In this document: piece after piece, positions 39,383-49,883 of the stretch
How the letters are laid out: the number at the start of each line of letters is the position of its first letter
Position numbering within the stretch: the stretch's first letter is position 1
Assembly: GCA_963833575.1 (NCBI GenBank)
Contig: CAWHXY010000004.1
Span: forward strand, 1-64,000
DNA: 64,000 nucleotides
Source: Candidatus Bathyarchaeota archaeon
GTDB taxonomy: Archaea; Thermoproteota; Bathyarchaeia; Bathyarchaeales; Bathycorpusculaceae
Direction: 5' to 3'
Notes under the pieces: model-generated
What the model saw: only the letters and a program-made list of their open reading frames with translations
Database searches by the model: none
What the model was told of the DNA's origin: nothing
Position numbers and translations under genes: made by a program

Positions 39383-40258
39383 CTACGTCTCCACTCTTGC
39401 TCCAGTTAGATGTCTGCCAACTGTAAACTTGACCAGAAGATTCAACCCCAGCATGATAAGTATCAGGACTAAAGCCGCTCCCCATGCCTGAGTTTGCCAA
39501 ATTCTGGAAGCGGAAGTACCGTAATTATAGATAAGGACTGTTAATGAAGCTGTTGGCTGGAAAATACTTTTTGCAAAATAAACACTTGTTGAAGCTGTTA
39601 ACAGGATAGGAGCGGTCTCTCCAGTTGCTCGAGCCACAGCCAACAAAATACCAGTTAAAAGTCCATTTTTCCCTGTGCTAATAACTATTCTAAGTACAGT
39701 TTTCCATCTGGGAATTCCTAGTGCTAGCGACGCCTCTCTCAAGGTCGTAGGAACAAGCTTCAGAGATTCGCTTGTTGTTCTTGCGATTATGGGAAGCATT
39801 ACAAGACTAAGAGCAACACCGGCAGCAAAAGCAGAAAACTGTTTGGTACTTAAGACAATTACAACGAAAACGAATAGTCCTAAAACAATTGAAGGAAAAC
39901 CAGTAAGAACATCATTCATAAAACCTGAAACTGTGGAAAGCTTAGATGAAGACCATTCGGAAAAGAATATGCCTGCTCCCACACCAATTGGGACAGAGAT
40001 TAGGGAGGCAATACCAACCATCGTGAAAGATCCAACTATGGCATTTGCTATTCCTCCGCCTGGAACATTTGGCGCGGTAGGTAATCTCGTTAGGAACCCT
40101 ATGCTTATGGCTGGTGCCCCTCGGATGAAAACGTCTCCAAGTATGAGCAAAAGGGGTATTACAGCTAGAACTACGGTCACAATTATCAATACTGTCATTA
40201 ATTTGTTGAGAATTTTTCGCCAGAGTGAAATACCGGTAGGCAGATTAGACTTTTTCAT
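39383..40258 (-). CDS. pstA: Phosphate ABC transporter permease
   Basis: GGI.NAI.G, PSIV.GLF, ARA.GETAP. Confidence 0.95.
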   Translation of the reverse strand: MKKSNLPTGISLWRKILNKLMTVLIIVTVVLAVIPLLLILGDVFIRGAPAISIGFLTRLPTAPNVPGGGIANAIVGSFTMVGIASLISVPIGVGAGIFFSEWSSSKLSTVSGFMNDVLTGFPSIVLGLFVFVVIVLSTKQFSAFAAGVALSLVMLPIIARTTSESLKLVPTTLREASLALGIPRWKTVLRIVISTGKNGLLTGILLAVARATGETAPILLTASTSVYFAKSIFQPTASLTVLIYNYGTSASRIWQTQAWGAALVLILIMLGLNLLVKFTVGRHLTGARVET

Positions 40259-40272
40259 TGCTTCATCCTCCT

Positions 40273-41202
40273 TCAGTTCTTAACTCGTGTTCCTCGAGTC
40301 ATCCTCCAAAGCAGAAATCGAGCAAGAAAGTTAACTAATAAAGCTACAAAAAACAGGATTAGTCCTATTTCGATTACAGCGGATTGATAAACTCCTGAAG
40401 ATTCGCCGAACTCGTTTGCAATTAGCGAAGATAGAGTGGCGCCAGCCGAAAACAAATTTGTACTAATGTTTGGAATGTTGCCAATAACCATGGTTACAGC
40501 CATCGTTTCGCCGAAAGCGCGACCTAGCCCCAAAACGAAGGCTCCAAATATTCCTGATCGAGCATAAGGCAATACGCTTTTTTGGGTGACTTCCCAATCT
40601 GTAGCGCCAAGTGAGTACATTGCTTCTCGCTGACTATTCGGGACTACACTCAACACATCTCGTGTAACTGCCGACATTGTTGGAATAATCATTATGGCTA
40701 AGATTACTCCAGCGGTAAAAAAATCGTATCCAAAAGGATTCCCCGAAAATAGGGGAATAAAACCAAGAGATTTATGCAAAGGCACCTCAATATAATCACG
40801 TAAAAGGGGAATTAGAACGAACACGCCCCATAGACCATAGATAACACTAGGCACCGCTGCCAAAAGATCAACAACTGTGCCTAATGCGTAGCCAAAATTT
40901 TGATGGCTTTTCAATTTCTCAGAGATAAAGACGGCTACGCCCAGACTAATTGGAAATCCTATGACGATTGCAATCGCCGATGTTAACAATGTTCCATATA
41001 TAAAAGGTAAAGCACTAAGTACATTTTGAGTTGGTAACCACTTTGTTCCTGCCAAAAAACTAAAACCAAATGTTCTGATGGATTGGGCAGAGCCAAGATA
41101 AAGTTCAATCGCAAGTCCAACAACAATGGCTATAATGAACAGAGCAGCAGCAACAAGTACGATTTTTAGTATTGTGTCTCCTCTTGGCAGTCTGAATCGC
41201 AA
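40273..41202 (-). CDS. pstC: Phosphate ABC transporter permease
   Basis: PSVIYGLWG, GRAFGETMAV. Confidence 0.95.
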   Translation of the reverse strand: MRFRLPRGDTILKIVLVAAALFIIAIVVGLAIELYLGSAQSIRTFGFSFLAGTKWLPTQNVLSALPFIYGTLLTSAIAIVIGFPISLGVAVFISEKLKSHQNFGYALGTVVDLLAAVPSVIYGLWGVFVLIPLLRDYIEVPLHKSLGFIPLFSGNPFGYDFFTAGVILAIMIIPTMSAVTRDVLSVVPNSQREAMYSLGATDWEVTQKSVLPYARSGIFGAFVLGLGRAFGETMAVTMVIGNIPNISTNLFSAGATLSSLIANEFGESSGVYQSAVIEIGLILFFVALLVNFLARFLLWRMTRGTRVKN

Positions 41203-41266
41203 CTCTATAGTGCCTCAATATTTGGGTTAATATAAAAAAAATATGGGAATAATATCATATTAAGCT

Positions 41267-42598
41267 CTAGTGTAGTATTGGTGTTCCGTTGTATGTTACT
41301 AGTTTGAGCGTTGCGTTGTCGACGGCCACTATGTTAGCTGGCAATGGGACGTATCCTAATCCTGTTCCTAAGTTCTGGCCTGAGTTCACGATCCATGACA
41401 TGAAGTTGACGAGAGCTGCACCTTGAGTTATGCTAGTTTGTGCTTGATAAACTAAAGCGTAAGTCATTGTAACAATTGGATAGACGGTGGTGGCTGTCGT
41501 ATTGCCGTAAATGTTGTCGATTATTGAAGTTCCTGTCCATGAAGCATTTCCGGCGGGAAGGCCAACAGAGGCTCCTGCGTCAAGCGCGGCTTGAATGTCT
41601 GCTACGTTAGCTAAGACATAGGTGCCTGCGGAATTTTGAACTGTTCCGTAAAAGAGTGAGGTTTGACCTGTGTTTTCAAGTATGTAGGCAATTTCAAGCG
41701 GACCGATTGCACCATCTTTAGTAGAAATTGCTCCTGCGACACCAGCGTTTTTGGGAGCTGCTATTTGAGCTGGAGCAGATGGCCAACTTGGAGACGTGCT
41801 TGGCGCCCCAACTGTTGATAGCCAAGTGCTACTCGATTTGCCCAAGAAATCAACGAAGGCGAACATTGTTCCGCTTCCGTCAGATCGGTGAACTGTAGTT
41901 ATTGTTGTAGCAGGCAATTGAGCAGCTACTGATGGACTTTGTAGTGCTTGGATAGCTGGGTCATTCCATGTGGTTATAGTTCCTAAGAAAATGTTTGCTA
42001 AGACTGTTCCTGTAAAATTGAGACCATTCTGACAAGCTGAACCATTAACAAGTTTCAAGTTATAAGCAGGTACTACTGCGCTAGCAGATATTGGTATGGT
42101 AAGAGCGGTTGTGCCTGATGGAAGTGCCGAGTATTGAGCTGCTGTCATTGGCGCATCAGATTCGCCGAAATCAACTACTTGTTGAGTGAATTGAGTAATT
42201 CCGGCTCCGCTGCCAACTGGGTTGTAGTTAACTGTTACTTGTGGAGTTACTTGTTGATAAGCTGGTTGCCAAACAGACATTAATGGGGCCACAAGTGTGC
42301 CTCCTGCGCCGTTAAGGGTTGCAGGCGATATTGTTGGCGTTGGAGTTGGTGCGGGTGTTGCAGTTGGTGTTGGTGTCGGTGTGGCTGCGGGTGATGCAGT
42401 TGGATGTGATGCTGGAGACGAAGTGGGAGATGAAGTTGGCGATGAAGTAGGTGTTGCTGTTGGAGTTGGAGTAGGAGTAGGCGATGGCGTCGACGAGGAT
42501 GAAAGAGACATGTAAGCAAAGACGCCGCCTATTACGATAATGATTACGACGATTGCTGCGATTATTATATAGGTACTTTTCATTTTTTTTACCTTCAA
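41267..42598 (-). CDS. pstS: Phosphate-binding protein, N-terminal TM anchor and Pro/Thr linker
   Basis: GAG.T, GSGAG, DFG.SD, HRSDGSGT, YPI. Confidence 0.93.
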   Translation of the reverse strand: MKVKKMKSTYIIIAAIVVIIIVIGGVFAYMSLSSSSTPSPTPTPTPTATPTSSPTSSPTSSPASHPTASPAATPTPTPTATPAPTPTPTISPATLNGAGGTLVAPLMSVWQPAYQQVTPQVTVNYNPVGSGAGITQFTQQVVDFGESDAPMTAAQYSALPSGTTALTIPISASAVVPAYNLKLVNGSACQNGLNFTGTVLANIFLGTITTWNDPAIQALQSPSVAAQLPATTITTVHRSDGSGTMFAFVDFLGKSSSTWLSTVGAPSTSPSWPSAPAQIAAPKNAGVAGAISTKDGAIGPLEIAYILENTGQTSLFYGTVQNSAGTYVLANVADIQAALDAGASVGLPAGNASWTGTSIIDNIYGNTTATTVYPIVTMTYALVYQAQTSITQGAALVNFMSWIVNSGQNLGTGLGYVPLPANIVAVDNATLKLVTYNGTPILH

Positions 42599-43145
42599 TA
42601 AAACAACTATTTAGTACTTTGTTATATGAGGATGTTCTCCATAAACAATATATACTATATATAATTCAATGTAAATATGTATAGTTTGAATGTAAAAGCA
42701 TGGCAATAAAAAAATTGCAAATTAAGAGAAAAACATATACACACTTGACAAAAAATCGCTCTGGATAAGATGTATATAAAGCAGGAAAAGAAGCAACAAA
42801 GGAAACAGCATCATGGAGTTACATTTGTTATTCCATGGTCAAATCAATAGATAGCGCTCGCAAATTAAGAAATTCCTTCTCAGTTATCGGTTGATAGATC
42901 GTTTGTATTAAACAAGAACAAATGTTATGATAGTTTTCTGATGGTAAGAAGAGGATCGGTTTTGCGGACTCATTCAAAGTTGTTGAACCACCAGATATTT
43001 AGTTTTCATATTTCTACTTGCTACTACATATTGGCTAAAGGTGCAACATTTTATATAGAAAAACTCAATATTATCAATAGTCTATATAGATATACCTAAT
43101 ATAATTAGTATTCCGTAGAAGCATTAAGTTGGAGCCAGGTCAAGC

Positions 43146-44195
43146 GTGACTAAAGAAGTAGAAAAAATAAATGAAGAACAACGCAAACTGCAGGTAACAG
43201 GCGGATCAACATTTATACTCTCACTCCCAAAAGATTGGGCCATACGGAATGAGTTGAAGAGAGGAAGCTCAATGTTAGTCCGGGAAGAAGATGACGGCTC
43301 ATTGTCAATTGCGCCCTCAAGTTTTCCGAAAAAAGAAAAACAAGATGAAGCATTCATAAAAGCTTCATTAAACGATAATCCTGATGCCATTATGAGAACA
43401 GCGATTTCTGCTTATTTAGATGGCTATAACATTTTGCATATTAAAGCACAAGGACAAAAAGTTCTCTCCTCGAAACTTCGAAACCATCTTAAAAACTTTG
43501 CCAGGCATTACCTAGTTGGAACAGAAATTGTCATTGATACTCCAACGGATCTGACATTGCAAGTTTTGCTGAATTATCCTGAACTCACTGTTCAAAACGC
43601 GCTCAGCCGAATGTCGATTATAGCCTCATCCATGCATAAAGAGGCGATAAATGCGCTTAAGAAACTGGATTATTCAACTGCAAAATCGGTTATTGAAACG
43701 GACCGTGAAGTAAATAGGTTCGGTCTTTACATAGTGCGCCTTTTGAAGTTGGCGGTTTCTAACCCAAGGATCGTTAAAGAAATCGGGTTGAATAGCCAAA
43801 AAGACTGTTTAGGATACAGGCTTATTGGAAAAGCTGTTGAGAGAACAGCTGATCATGCAACTAAAATTGCAGAAAATACTCTCCTTTTGAAAGAGCAAGT
43901 AAGTGAAGACGTTCAACAAAAAGTGGACCAACTGAGTGGTTTAGCTAATTCTATGTTTGAGAACTCAATGGATGCGCTGTTTAGGCATGATTTTAATTTG
44001 GCGGAAAGTGTTATTGAAAAGCTGAATCAGGTTCATAAATTAGAAAAAGAAACCGTGATTTGCTTGCAAACTGCCAAGATTGAAGAAGTGGTTAACTTGC
44101 GTCTTGTTATTGAGAGTGTTAGGCGAACAGCGGAGTACGCAAGTGACATTTCCGAAGTTGTGCTTAACTTAAATGTTGATTCGGTCCTCACTTAA
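43146..44195 (+). CDS. Archaeal phosphate uptake regulator (AbrB-PhoU-PhoU)
   Basis: RK.Q.TGGST...SLPK.W N-terminus; ER.ADHA; divergent from pst. Confidence 0.92.
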   Translation: MTKEVEKINEEQRKLQVTGGSTFILSLPKDWAIRNELKRGSSMLVREEDDGSLSIAPSSFPKKEKQDEAFIKASLNDNPDAIMRTAISAYLDGYNILHIKAQGQKVLSSKLRNHLKNFARHYLVGTEIVIDTPTDLTLQVLLNYPELTVQNALSRMSIIASSMHKEAINALKKLDYSTAKSVIETDREVNRFGLYIVRLLKLAVSNPRIVKEIGLNSQKDCLGYRLIGKAVERTADHATKIAENTLLLKEQVSEDVQQKVDQLSGLANSMFENSMDALFRHDFNLAESVIEKLNQVHKLEKETVICLQTAKIEEVVNLRLVIESVRRTAEYASDISEVVLNLNVDSVLT

Positions 44196-44355
44196 TTTTT
44201 TCTCTTTTCCCAAAAGAACTTTTTGCCGTATTGTAAAGGCTAAGATTATAAAAAATAGTGAAAACTTTTGCTTACAAATAAAAAGAAATATTGAGTATTC
44301 TTTGGTCCCTTCAACTAATGCCGTTTGATGAGTCTCATCGGTACTTTCTAAATTA

Positions 44356-44526
44356 CTAAATCGCTTCTGAGAAGAAGATTACTTCGGAGTTTGGATTGAC
44401 ACTGTAACTGTCAACCAGATGAGCGGTTCCATCAGGGCAGTAGACTTTATCACCTTTTACAGTTTTTTGGTAGCGTTTGCTACATTCTTTAAGCTTGCAA
44501 CAGCCATCACAATCTCGTGAGAGCAT
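44356..44526 (-). CDS. Small Cys-rich protein (56 aa), not in ORF track
   Basis: MLSRDCDGCCKLKEC...VYCPDGTAHLVD...; GAGGTGA 7 nt before ATG. Confidence 0.65.
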   Translation of the reverse strand: MLSRDCDGCCKLKECSKRYQKTVKGDKVYCPDGTAHLVDSYSVNPNSEVIFFSEAI

Positions 44527-44691
44527 TCTTTTTTCACCTCTTCCACATGTTCAAAATAGAGATTATCCATGGGCGCCTATAGAGATTCTCCACATAGTCT
44601 ATATAGAAAACTTTACATCAGGTTAATTCTCCAAAACGTTGAGAAACATTTATGAAACAAAGAGTAACCTCTCAAGAGCAAGATACATCTT

Positions 44692-45345
44692 ATGTGTGAA
44701 AACGGGTTGAAAGTAAAGGGTATTTTCTTGGACTTAGACGGCACCATAGTTGACTCTAAAGAAGCCTACATAGAAGCCGCTAAAAAAGCGTTCCAAGCCA
44801 TCGGACAAAGAACCCCAGAAAATAAAGTTGCCTTAGAAATTCCCCGAAGGCTCGAGCAAGGGTTAACAATCAAAGACATAACAAATGGGTATACCAAAAA
44901 ATTTCTAAAAGTATACTTTCAAACATGGTATTCAATCAGTCACAAAAAAACCACGCTAATACCAAACGTTTCGGCAACACTTGAAACATTGTCACAGAAA
45001 GCTAAACTGGCATTAATAACCATGCGTCATGTCCCAGCGCAAGCCGTCATAAAAGAGCTAGAATGTTTTGGCATATCACAATATTTTACCCATGTCGTAA
45101 CTGCGCTAGATACTTGTCCGAAACCGTCTCCTGAAGCATTAATAAAATGTGTGGAAGCGTTAGATGTTGAGATGTGCAATTGCATTATCGTGGGTGATTC
45201 AGTTAATGATATTCGAGCTGGAAAAGCCGCGGGAGCGGGCACCGTGGCCTTATTATCGGGGCTGTTCCAATGTGAAGAATTGATCAAAGAATGCCCAGAT
45301 TTAATTTTGAAGGACATAACCGCACTCCCAGAATACATCAAATGA
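44692..45345 (+). CDS. HAD-superfamily phosphatase
   Basis: DLDGT, KPSP, VGDS.ND. Confidence 0.92.
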   Translation: MCENGLKVKGIFLDLDGTIVDSKEAYIEAAKKAFQAIGQRTPENKVALEIPRRLEQGLTIKDITNGYTKKFLKVYFQTWYSISHKKTTLIPNVSATLETLSQKAKLALITMRHVPAQAVIKELECFGISQYFTHVVTALDTCPKPSPEALIKCVEALDVEMCNCIIVGDSVNDIRAGKAAGAGTVALLSGLFQCEELIKECPDLILKDITALPEYIK

Positions 45346-45480
45346 TGAGTTCAAGATGTATCTAAATTTGCAATATAGCTTAAACTGCCTTACCAAGTTA
45401 TATTGGTCTTGAGAAACAAAGTTTAATTAAAAGCTTAATCTTTAATCAATATTGGAGAGGGCTTCGGAGCGGGAATCAGG

Positions 45481-46095
45481 ATGAACTTTGTCGAACTAAT
45501 GATCGGGGAGAAATTGAAAGAATCGGATCCAGCCTTAGACATCATGGGGTCGGACCGCAAAGTTTTGCAGGTCGCCTGTCAAGACTTCACCAACTACCTT
45601 AAATTCCATTGGAACTTAATGGGAAAGGAATCAAATCAATGCGAACTCGTTGAGAAACTTGAGAATCTTTTCAAAGAAGACTCATCTGAGTTAGACGCGT
45701 TTTTGACAATTTGGATTGGAATTTGGTTCAAGAAATGGAAGGAGCGAGTAAAGCTGCTTATTGGCGATCAAAATGCTAGCAGATGGAATAAAATTTCAAA
45801 AACTATCGGTAACGCTGAACCGTTTTGGAAGAAGTTGGAAAACAAACAGGAACTTCAAGAGATCGTGGTGACAACCTTAGTTAAGAACGGCGAAATTTGC
45901 GGCACAGAAATTTTGTCTGAAAACCTCATCAAAATGGAGTTGGGAGAAAAACGGGTTCAAGACCTCAGCGACAGGGAAAGAGTTTTCACTGTACTAAATG
46001 AAGTATTGCGCAAAGCTCGAGAGATGGCTCAAAGCAAGGGGCCGCTTATCTTTGTCAAGATAGACAAAGGGTACTACAACACTCCAAGCCAATAG
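45481..46095 (+). CDS. Hypothetical protein
   Basis: 204-aa helical ORF. Confidence 0.7.
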   Translation: MNFVELMIGEKLKESDPALDIMGSDRKVLQVACQDFTNYLKFHWNLMGKESNQCELVEKLENLFKEDSSELDAFLTIWIGIWFKKWKERVKLLIGDQNASRWNKISKTIGNAEPFWKKLENKQELQEIVVTTLVKNGEICGTEILSENLIKMELGEKRVQDLSDRERVFTVLNEVLRKAREMAQSKGPLIFVKIDKGYYNTPSQ

Positions 46096-46228
46096 AAAGC
46101 TTGCATCTTCTCTTTCCTTAATTTTCTATTTTTAACAAATCAATTTAAGGCGTAAGTGGTGAATGCTAAAAAGTAAATATTTTAGTCTTATAAAAGGAAT
46201 AAAATTATTTTAGTCGGTTTAAGAATGG

Positions 46229-46426
46229 TCAAACTACGCGTACTCTTTGAAGAGTTTTGCGCATCCATGTGTAATGTCGCATGGTTGTGGTTTCGCCATA
46301 GCCGCATGCTGCACAACGCTTGTGTCGCACGTGGTATGCTCGTCTTCCGCAGCGCCTGCATTTAATATGGACAGTTTTGCCTTGGCGCTTGCCCATTGAT
46401 GGAGTACCTTTACCCACGGCACTCAC
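46229..46426 (-). CDS. rpl37e: 50S ribosomal protein eL37
   Basis: KGTPSMGK..H..CRRCG...YH.....CAACG. Confidence 0.97.
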   Translation of the reverse strand: MSAVGKGTPSMGKRQGKTVHIKCRRCGRRAYHVRHKRCAACGYGETTTMRHYTWMRKTLQRVRVV

Positions 46427-46650
46427 CTAGGCGGAGGCGATATAAGGACTACGTTGTCTCCTCGAACGATAATTAGTCCCAGTTTCTTTTGGTTTTCAAC
46501 TTGTGTCGTATCTTCTGTTTCTTCTAGAACAAGGTTTAGGTGCTGATCGAAACCCTTCAGTCTTCCTCTAAGGCTCTTTCCGCCTTTAAGTCTAACAAGT
46601 ACAACTTTGCTGAGATTTTGTTCAAGGATTTCGGTTGTCATTTCGCTCAT
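46423..46650 (-). CDS. Sm-like archaeal protein SmAP1
   Basis: Sm1 'G.L.GFDQHLNLVL' and Sm2 'RGDNV'; coupled to rpl37e. Confidence 0.96.
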   Translation of the reverse strand: MSEMTTEILEQNLSKVVLVRLKGGKSLRGRLKGFDQHLNLVLEETEDTTQVENQKKLGLIIVRGDNVVLISPPPR

Positions 46651-46700
46651 ATTGGAATCCTCATGTATCTATATCTCTTCTATACTTTATCTCTCCCAAT

Positions 46701-46718
46701 TTAAACCTATCTCACGGA
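46701..46718 (+). repeat. Dispersed repeat TTAAACCTATCTCAC(GGA), copy 1
   Basis: Identical 18-mer at 47662-47679; 15-mer at 49671-49685. Confidence 0.8.
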
Positions 46719-46882
46719 CTCTGGAAAAGAAATACTGGTTGAATCCTCATTTCTTAGAAGTGAAAATTTTAGTTGTTTCTTACATCAGATTGGGTTGAAG
46801 AGGTCTACTTGTTGTAGAACAGGGGAATAATAAGAGTGATAATTAAGAAACCTTTTATCACAAACTATCTGTACAATGAAGT

Positions 46883-47659
46883 ATGGACAGAATCAGCAAG
46901 AATTTCGCATTAATTCTGATTATAATTACGGCTACATCAAGTCTAAGTTTATTGATGATTAAACCAGCATTTGCTCAAACAATACCTACACCTTCTGTTC
47001 CAAAATTCACCTTAAAGTTTGTAGATAATTCGTATGATTTACCTACCACTTCGTCGATAGACCCCTATACAGGAAAAACCGTGACAACACAATCTGGTTA
47101 TCACGTAGAAAATAAATCGATAGAGGTCATTATTATCGACCAACCATGGATACGGCCTAATGATAATGAGTCGATTGATAACCAACTTACCTTAGTTTAC
47201 AATATTACTGCGAAAGGACATTATGCAAATGATTGGACATATTACTCTTTTCAATCTAAGCAAGGTCATTATGGTGGTGTAAGTTCGGGCTCTTTTGTAA
47301 CTGTTGCTACATTCGGCCTAGGGGAAAACAATGGTTCTGATGTTTATTCTTATACGTTACCGAATATTACTGCGGGGGGTCAGGTAGATTTTCAAGTTCA
47401 GGCATCCATAGGAACTACGGTACTACAATACAACCCTCAAGTTACCCCAAACCCATACAGTTACTATTATGTTTGGATGGGTGAATCAAGCGGTTGGAGC
47501 AACACACAAACATTAACCATCCCTGAATCTTCCATTTCAACTTCTTCACCAACCCCTGCCATTCCAGAGTTTCCAACTTTGATAATTCTGCCGCTATTCA
47601 TCTTAATCCTATCAATTCCCGTCATAGTTAGACTAGGAAAAACTTGGAGAATAATATAA
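46883..47659 (+). CDS. Surface protein with PEF-CTERM sorting signal
   Basis: Signal peptide, 'P.PS.P.FT.....SYD', 'DFQVQA.IG', 'SGWS.TQT..I', IPEF + TM + basic tail. Confidence 0.8.
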   Translation: MDRISKNFALILIIITATSSLSLLMIKPAFAQTIPTPSVPKFTLKFVDNSYDLPTTSSIDPYTGKTVTTQSGYHVENKSIEVIIIDQPWIRPNDNESIDNQLTLVYNITAKGHYANDWTYYSFQSKQGHYGGVSSGSFVTVATFGLGENNGSDVYSYTLPNITAGGQVDFQVQASIGTTVLQYNPQVTPNPYSYYYVWMGESSGWSNTQTLTIPESSISTSSPTPAIPEFPTLIILPLFILILSIPVIVRLGKTWRII

Positions 47660-47661
47660 CA

Positions 47662-47679
47662 TTAAACCTATCTCACGGA
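47662..47679 (+). repeat. Dispersed repeat, copy 2
   Basis: TTAAACCTATCTCACGGA, 3 nt after the stop of the PEF-CTERM gene. Confidence 0.8.
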
Positions 47680-47924
47680 ATCAGGCGAGTGGCGACTCGA
47701 TTGATTTGGCTTTTCAGAAATTACCTGGGACGTATTTACCCTTATTTCCATTTGATAAGAATAGCCATCATGAAATCGAGCGCACTTTCACGCCATTTCT
47801 CTTCCTCAGTTTTGTGCGAATAATTATTTTAAATATGTTTTCTATGTTAACACACCTTTTAAGCACCATTGGATTTTAGTTCAATCAACAAGAATCACGT
47901 GATTCTTAAGAGACGATAATTAAT

Positions 47925-48869
47925 ATGCATATGAAGCCAAGCACCCAAATTGAAGAAATGGCATGTTTCACCACCGACGCATGTTACAAAGGAAAGGTCC
48001 CGGTTAATTCAAAAATAAAACTGAAAGACGTCGATACTGGGTGGGCGCAAAATGAGGAAGCCAAATTCCTTGGAAAAGGCAAATTAAAGGAAATGGCAAA
48101 TACAATTTTAGAGCAGAACCGCCGAGAATTGGCGAAAGCGCAGGAGTTGCTTTACGCAAATAATAGTTATGCTTTGCTTGTGATCTTGCAAGGTATGGAT
48201 GCAGCTGGCAAAGATGGCATAATCAAACATGTAATGTGTGGAGTTAACCCTCAAGGTTGTCAGGTAACAAGTTTTAAGCAGCCTTCTAATAGGGAGTTGG
48301 AGCATGATTTTTTGTGGCGACAGATCGTGGCTTTACCTGAAAAAGGCGAGATTGGCATCTTTAACAGATCGTACTACGAAGAAGTCTTGATTGTTAAAGT
48401 TCATAGAAATCTTTTAGAAAATCAAAATCTTCCGGCGAGAAAATACAACAGCGAGTTTTGGAAAAACCGCTATGAGGATATAGCAAATTTTGAACATCAT
48501 CTTGTGCGAAATGGAACAATAATTCTAAAGTTTTTTTTACATATTTCCAAAAATGAGCAGGAAAAACGCTTTACTGAACGTTTAAACAACCCTGACAAAT
48601 ATTGGAAATTTTCAGATGCTGACATTAAAGAAAGGGATTGTTGGGATGATTACATGAAAGCTTATGAGGACATGATAAACAATACAAGCACAAAATGGGC
48701 GCCCTGGTATATTATTCCAGCAGACTACAAATGGTTAGCTCGCTCACTAGTTGCGGACATAATGACCGCAAGCATACTATCTTTGGGTATCAAATTTCCA
48801 GTCGTGAGTGAGCAAAAACTGGAAGCGATTAAAGCAGCCAAAAGAAAACTGGAAAACAACAAATCATAG
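47925..48869 (+). CDS. ppk2: Polyphosphate kinase 2 (class III-like)
   Basis: QGMDAAGKDG, GVNPQG, HDFLWR, FNRSYYEEVL, WKF...D, APWY.IPAD.KW. Confidence 0.93.
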   Translation: MHMKPSTQIEEMACFTTDACYKGKVPVNSKIKLKDVDTGWAQNEEAKFLGKGKLKEMANTILEQNRRELAKAQELLYANNSYALLVILQGMDAAGKDGIIKHVMCGVNPQGCQVTSFKQPSNRELEHDFLWRQIVALPEKGEIGIFNRSYYEEVLIVKVHRNLLENQNLPARKYNSEFWKNRYEDIANFEHHLVRNGTIILKFFLHISKNEQEKRFTERLNNPDKYWKFSDADIKERDCWDDYMKAYEDMINNTSTKWAPWYIIPADYKWLARSLVADIMTASILSLGIKFPVVSEQKLEAIKAAKRKLENNKS

Positions 48870-48930
48870 GATACTTCGGAATTGCTTTTTGAGTAGGCAG
48901 AAATGATGTTTACTAAATGGACATTTGTGA

Positions 48931-49626
48931 CTACTGCTTTATTTCATTTGGTTCTTTAGGTTTTTTTCTCAGTATGGGAATTACAAATTCGATGACTACA
49001 AGCAAGAGTATGAGGGCAATTATTACTGGGACGCCTAACGCAGTATTTCTCATGAATAGTGTTATCCATCCGAGCCATGGAATGCGCATAATCACTTTAC
49101 CGATCACGTAGTTTTGAGGAATCCCAGTGTTACTGTATTGAGAATTGGACCAAATGGTGTGGCTGTCATATTGGTTAATTGAAGGTATCGCTGGCCATTG
49201 CTGCCCGTTGCCGTCACCTTTGGTTTGGAAGTACCATGTGCCGTTAATTTCTTGTTTTGAAACTATTCGGTGAACAATAGGTGTGCCTGATGGATCAGAT
49301 GGATCACGATAAATAATTATGTCACTATTAGGGTAATTCGCGTTCAAGTCTGCAGGGTTTACCCCTTGAATGATTATTATGTCGCCTACACTCAGAGTTC
49401 GATCAAACGGGTGCGTTATGCTTAACCAAAAGCCCTGCCAGGTTTGACTTTCCAAAGAATCATAAGGAATGCTCATGCTTCCGCTTTCCACAATTAACGC
49501 TGGATTAGAAGTGTGAAGCCCTAGTTGCAGACCAAAAAAGAAGCCAAGAACAATTGCTATAATCAAAACGATTGCGACTAAAGTTTTGAGGTATTTGTTT
49601 TTCCAAATCTTTTTTAAAGCAATCAA
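48931..49626 (-). CDS. Signal peptidase I (archaeal Sec11 type)
   Basis: SGSM, GD, IVHRI, TKGD.N, IP.LG. Confidence 0.9.
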   Translation of the reverse strand: MIALKKIWKNKYLKTLVAIVLIIAIVLGFFFGLQLGLHTSNPALIVESGSMSIPYDSLESQTWQGFWLSITHPFDRTLSVGDIIIIQGVNPADLNANYPNSDIIIYRDPSDPSGTPIVHRIVSKQEINGTWYFQTKGDGNGQQWPAIPSINQYDSHTIWSNSQYSNTGIPQNYVIGKVIMRIPWLGWITLFMRNTALGVPVIIALILLLVVIEFVIPILRKKPKEPNEIKQ

Positions 49627-49670
49627 ACGGTTGCCTCAGACAGCGATATTCTTGCTGACTAACAGTTCTA

Positions 49671-49740
49671 TTAAACCTATCTCACAGGCTCCCTAAAAGA
49701 AAAATATTGATTTCCCTTTTAGGTCCGTGGAATGTTTATA
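49671..49740. repeat. Dispersed repeat, copy 3, with imperfect inverted right arm (MITE/REP-like)
   Basis: TTAAACCTATCTCAC...CCTAAAAG(49692-99)...CTTTTAGG(49716-23)TCCGTGGAATGTTTA. Confidence 0.6.
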
Positions 49741-49883
49741 AAAAATCAAAACAAATTTGGACCAGCTCAAAATAATTGATTTAGGTTAATATTTAACTTT
49801 TCATTCAACGCCAGTCCCGTTTCATTTGCTTGTACTTATAAGCATGCTAATGGATTATTTTCAGGGAAAAATAGGCAGGGTAT

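Noticed and set aside
42330-42500. Repetitive DNA in pstS and its antisense ORFs
   Set aside because: Explained by the Pro/Thr/Ser linker coding; the same applies near 13280-13340 and 62310-62360
42827-42976. Possible 49-aa minus-strand ORF between pstS and the regulator
   Set aside because: TTG start, no motif; cannot be distinguished from chance
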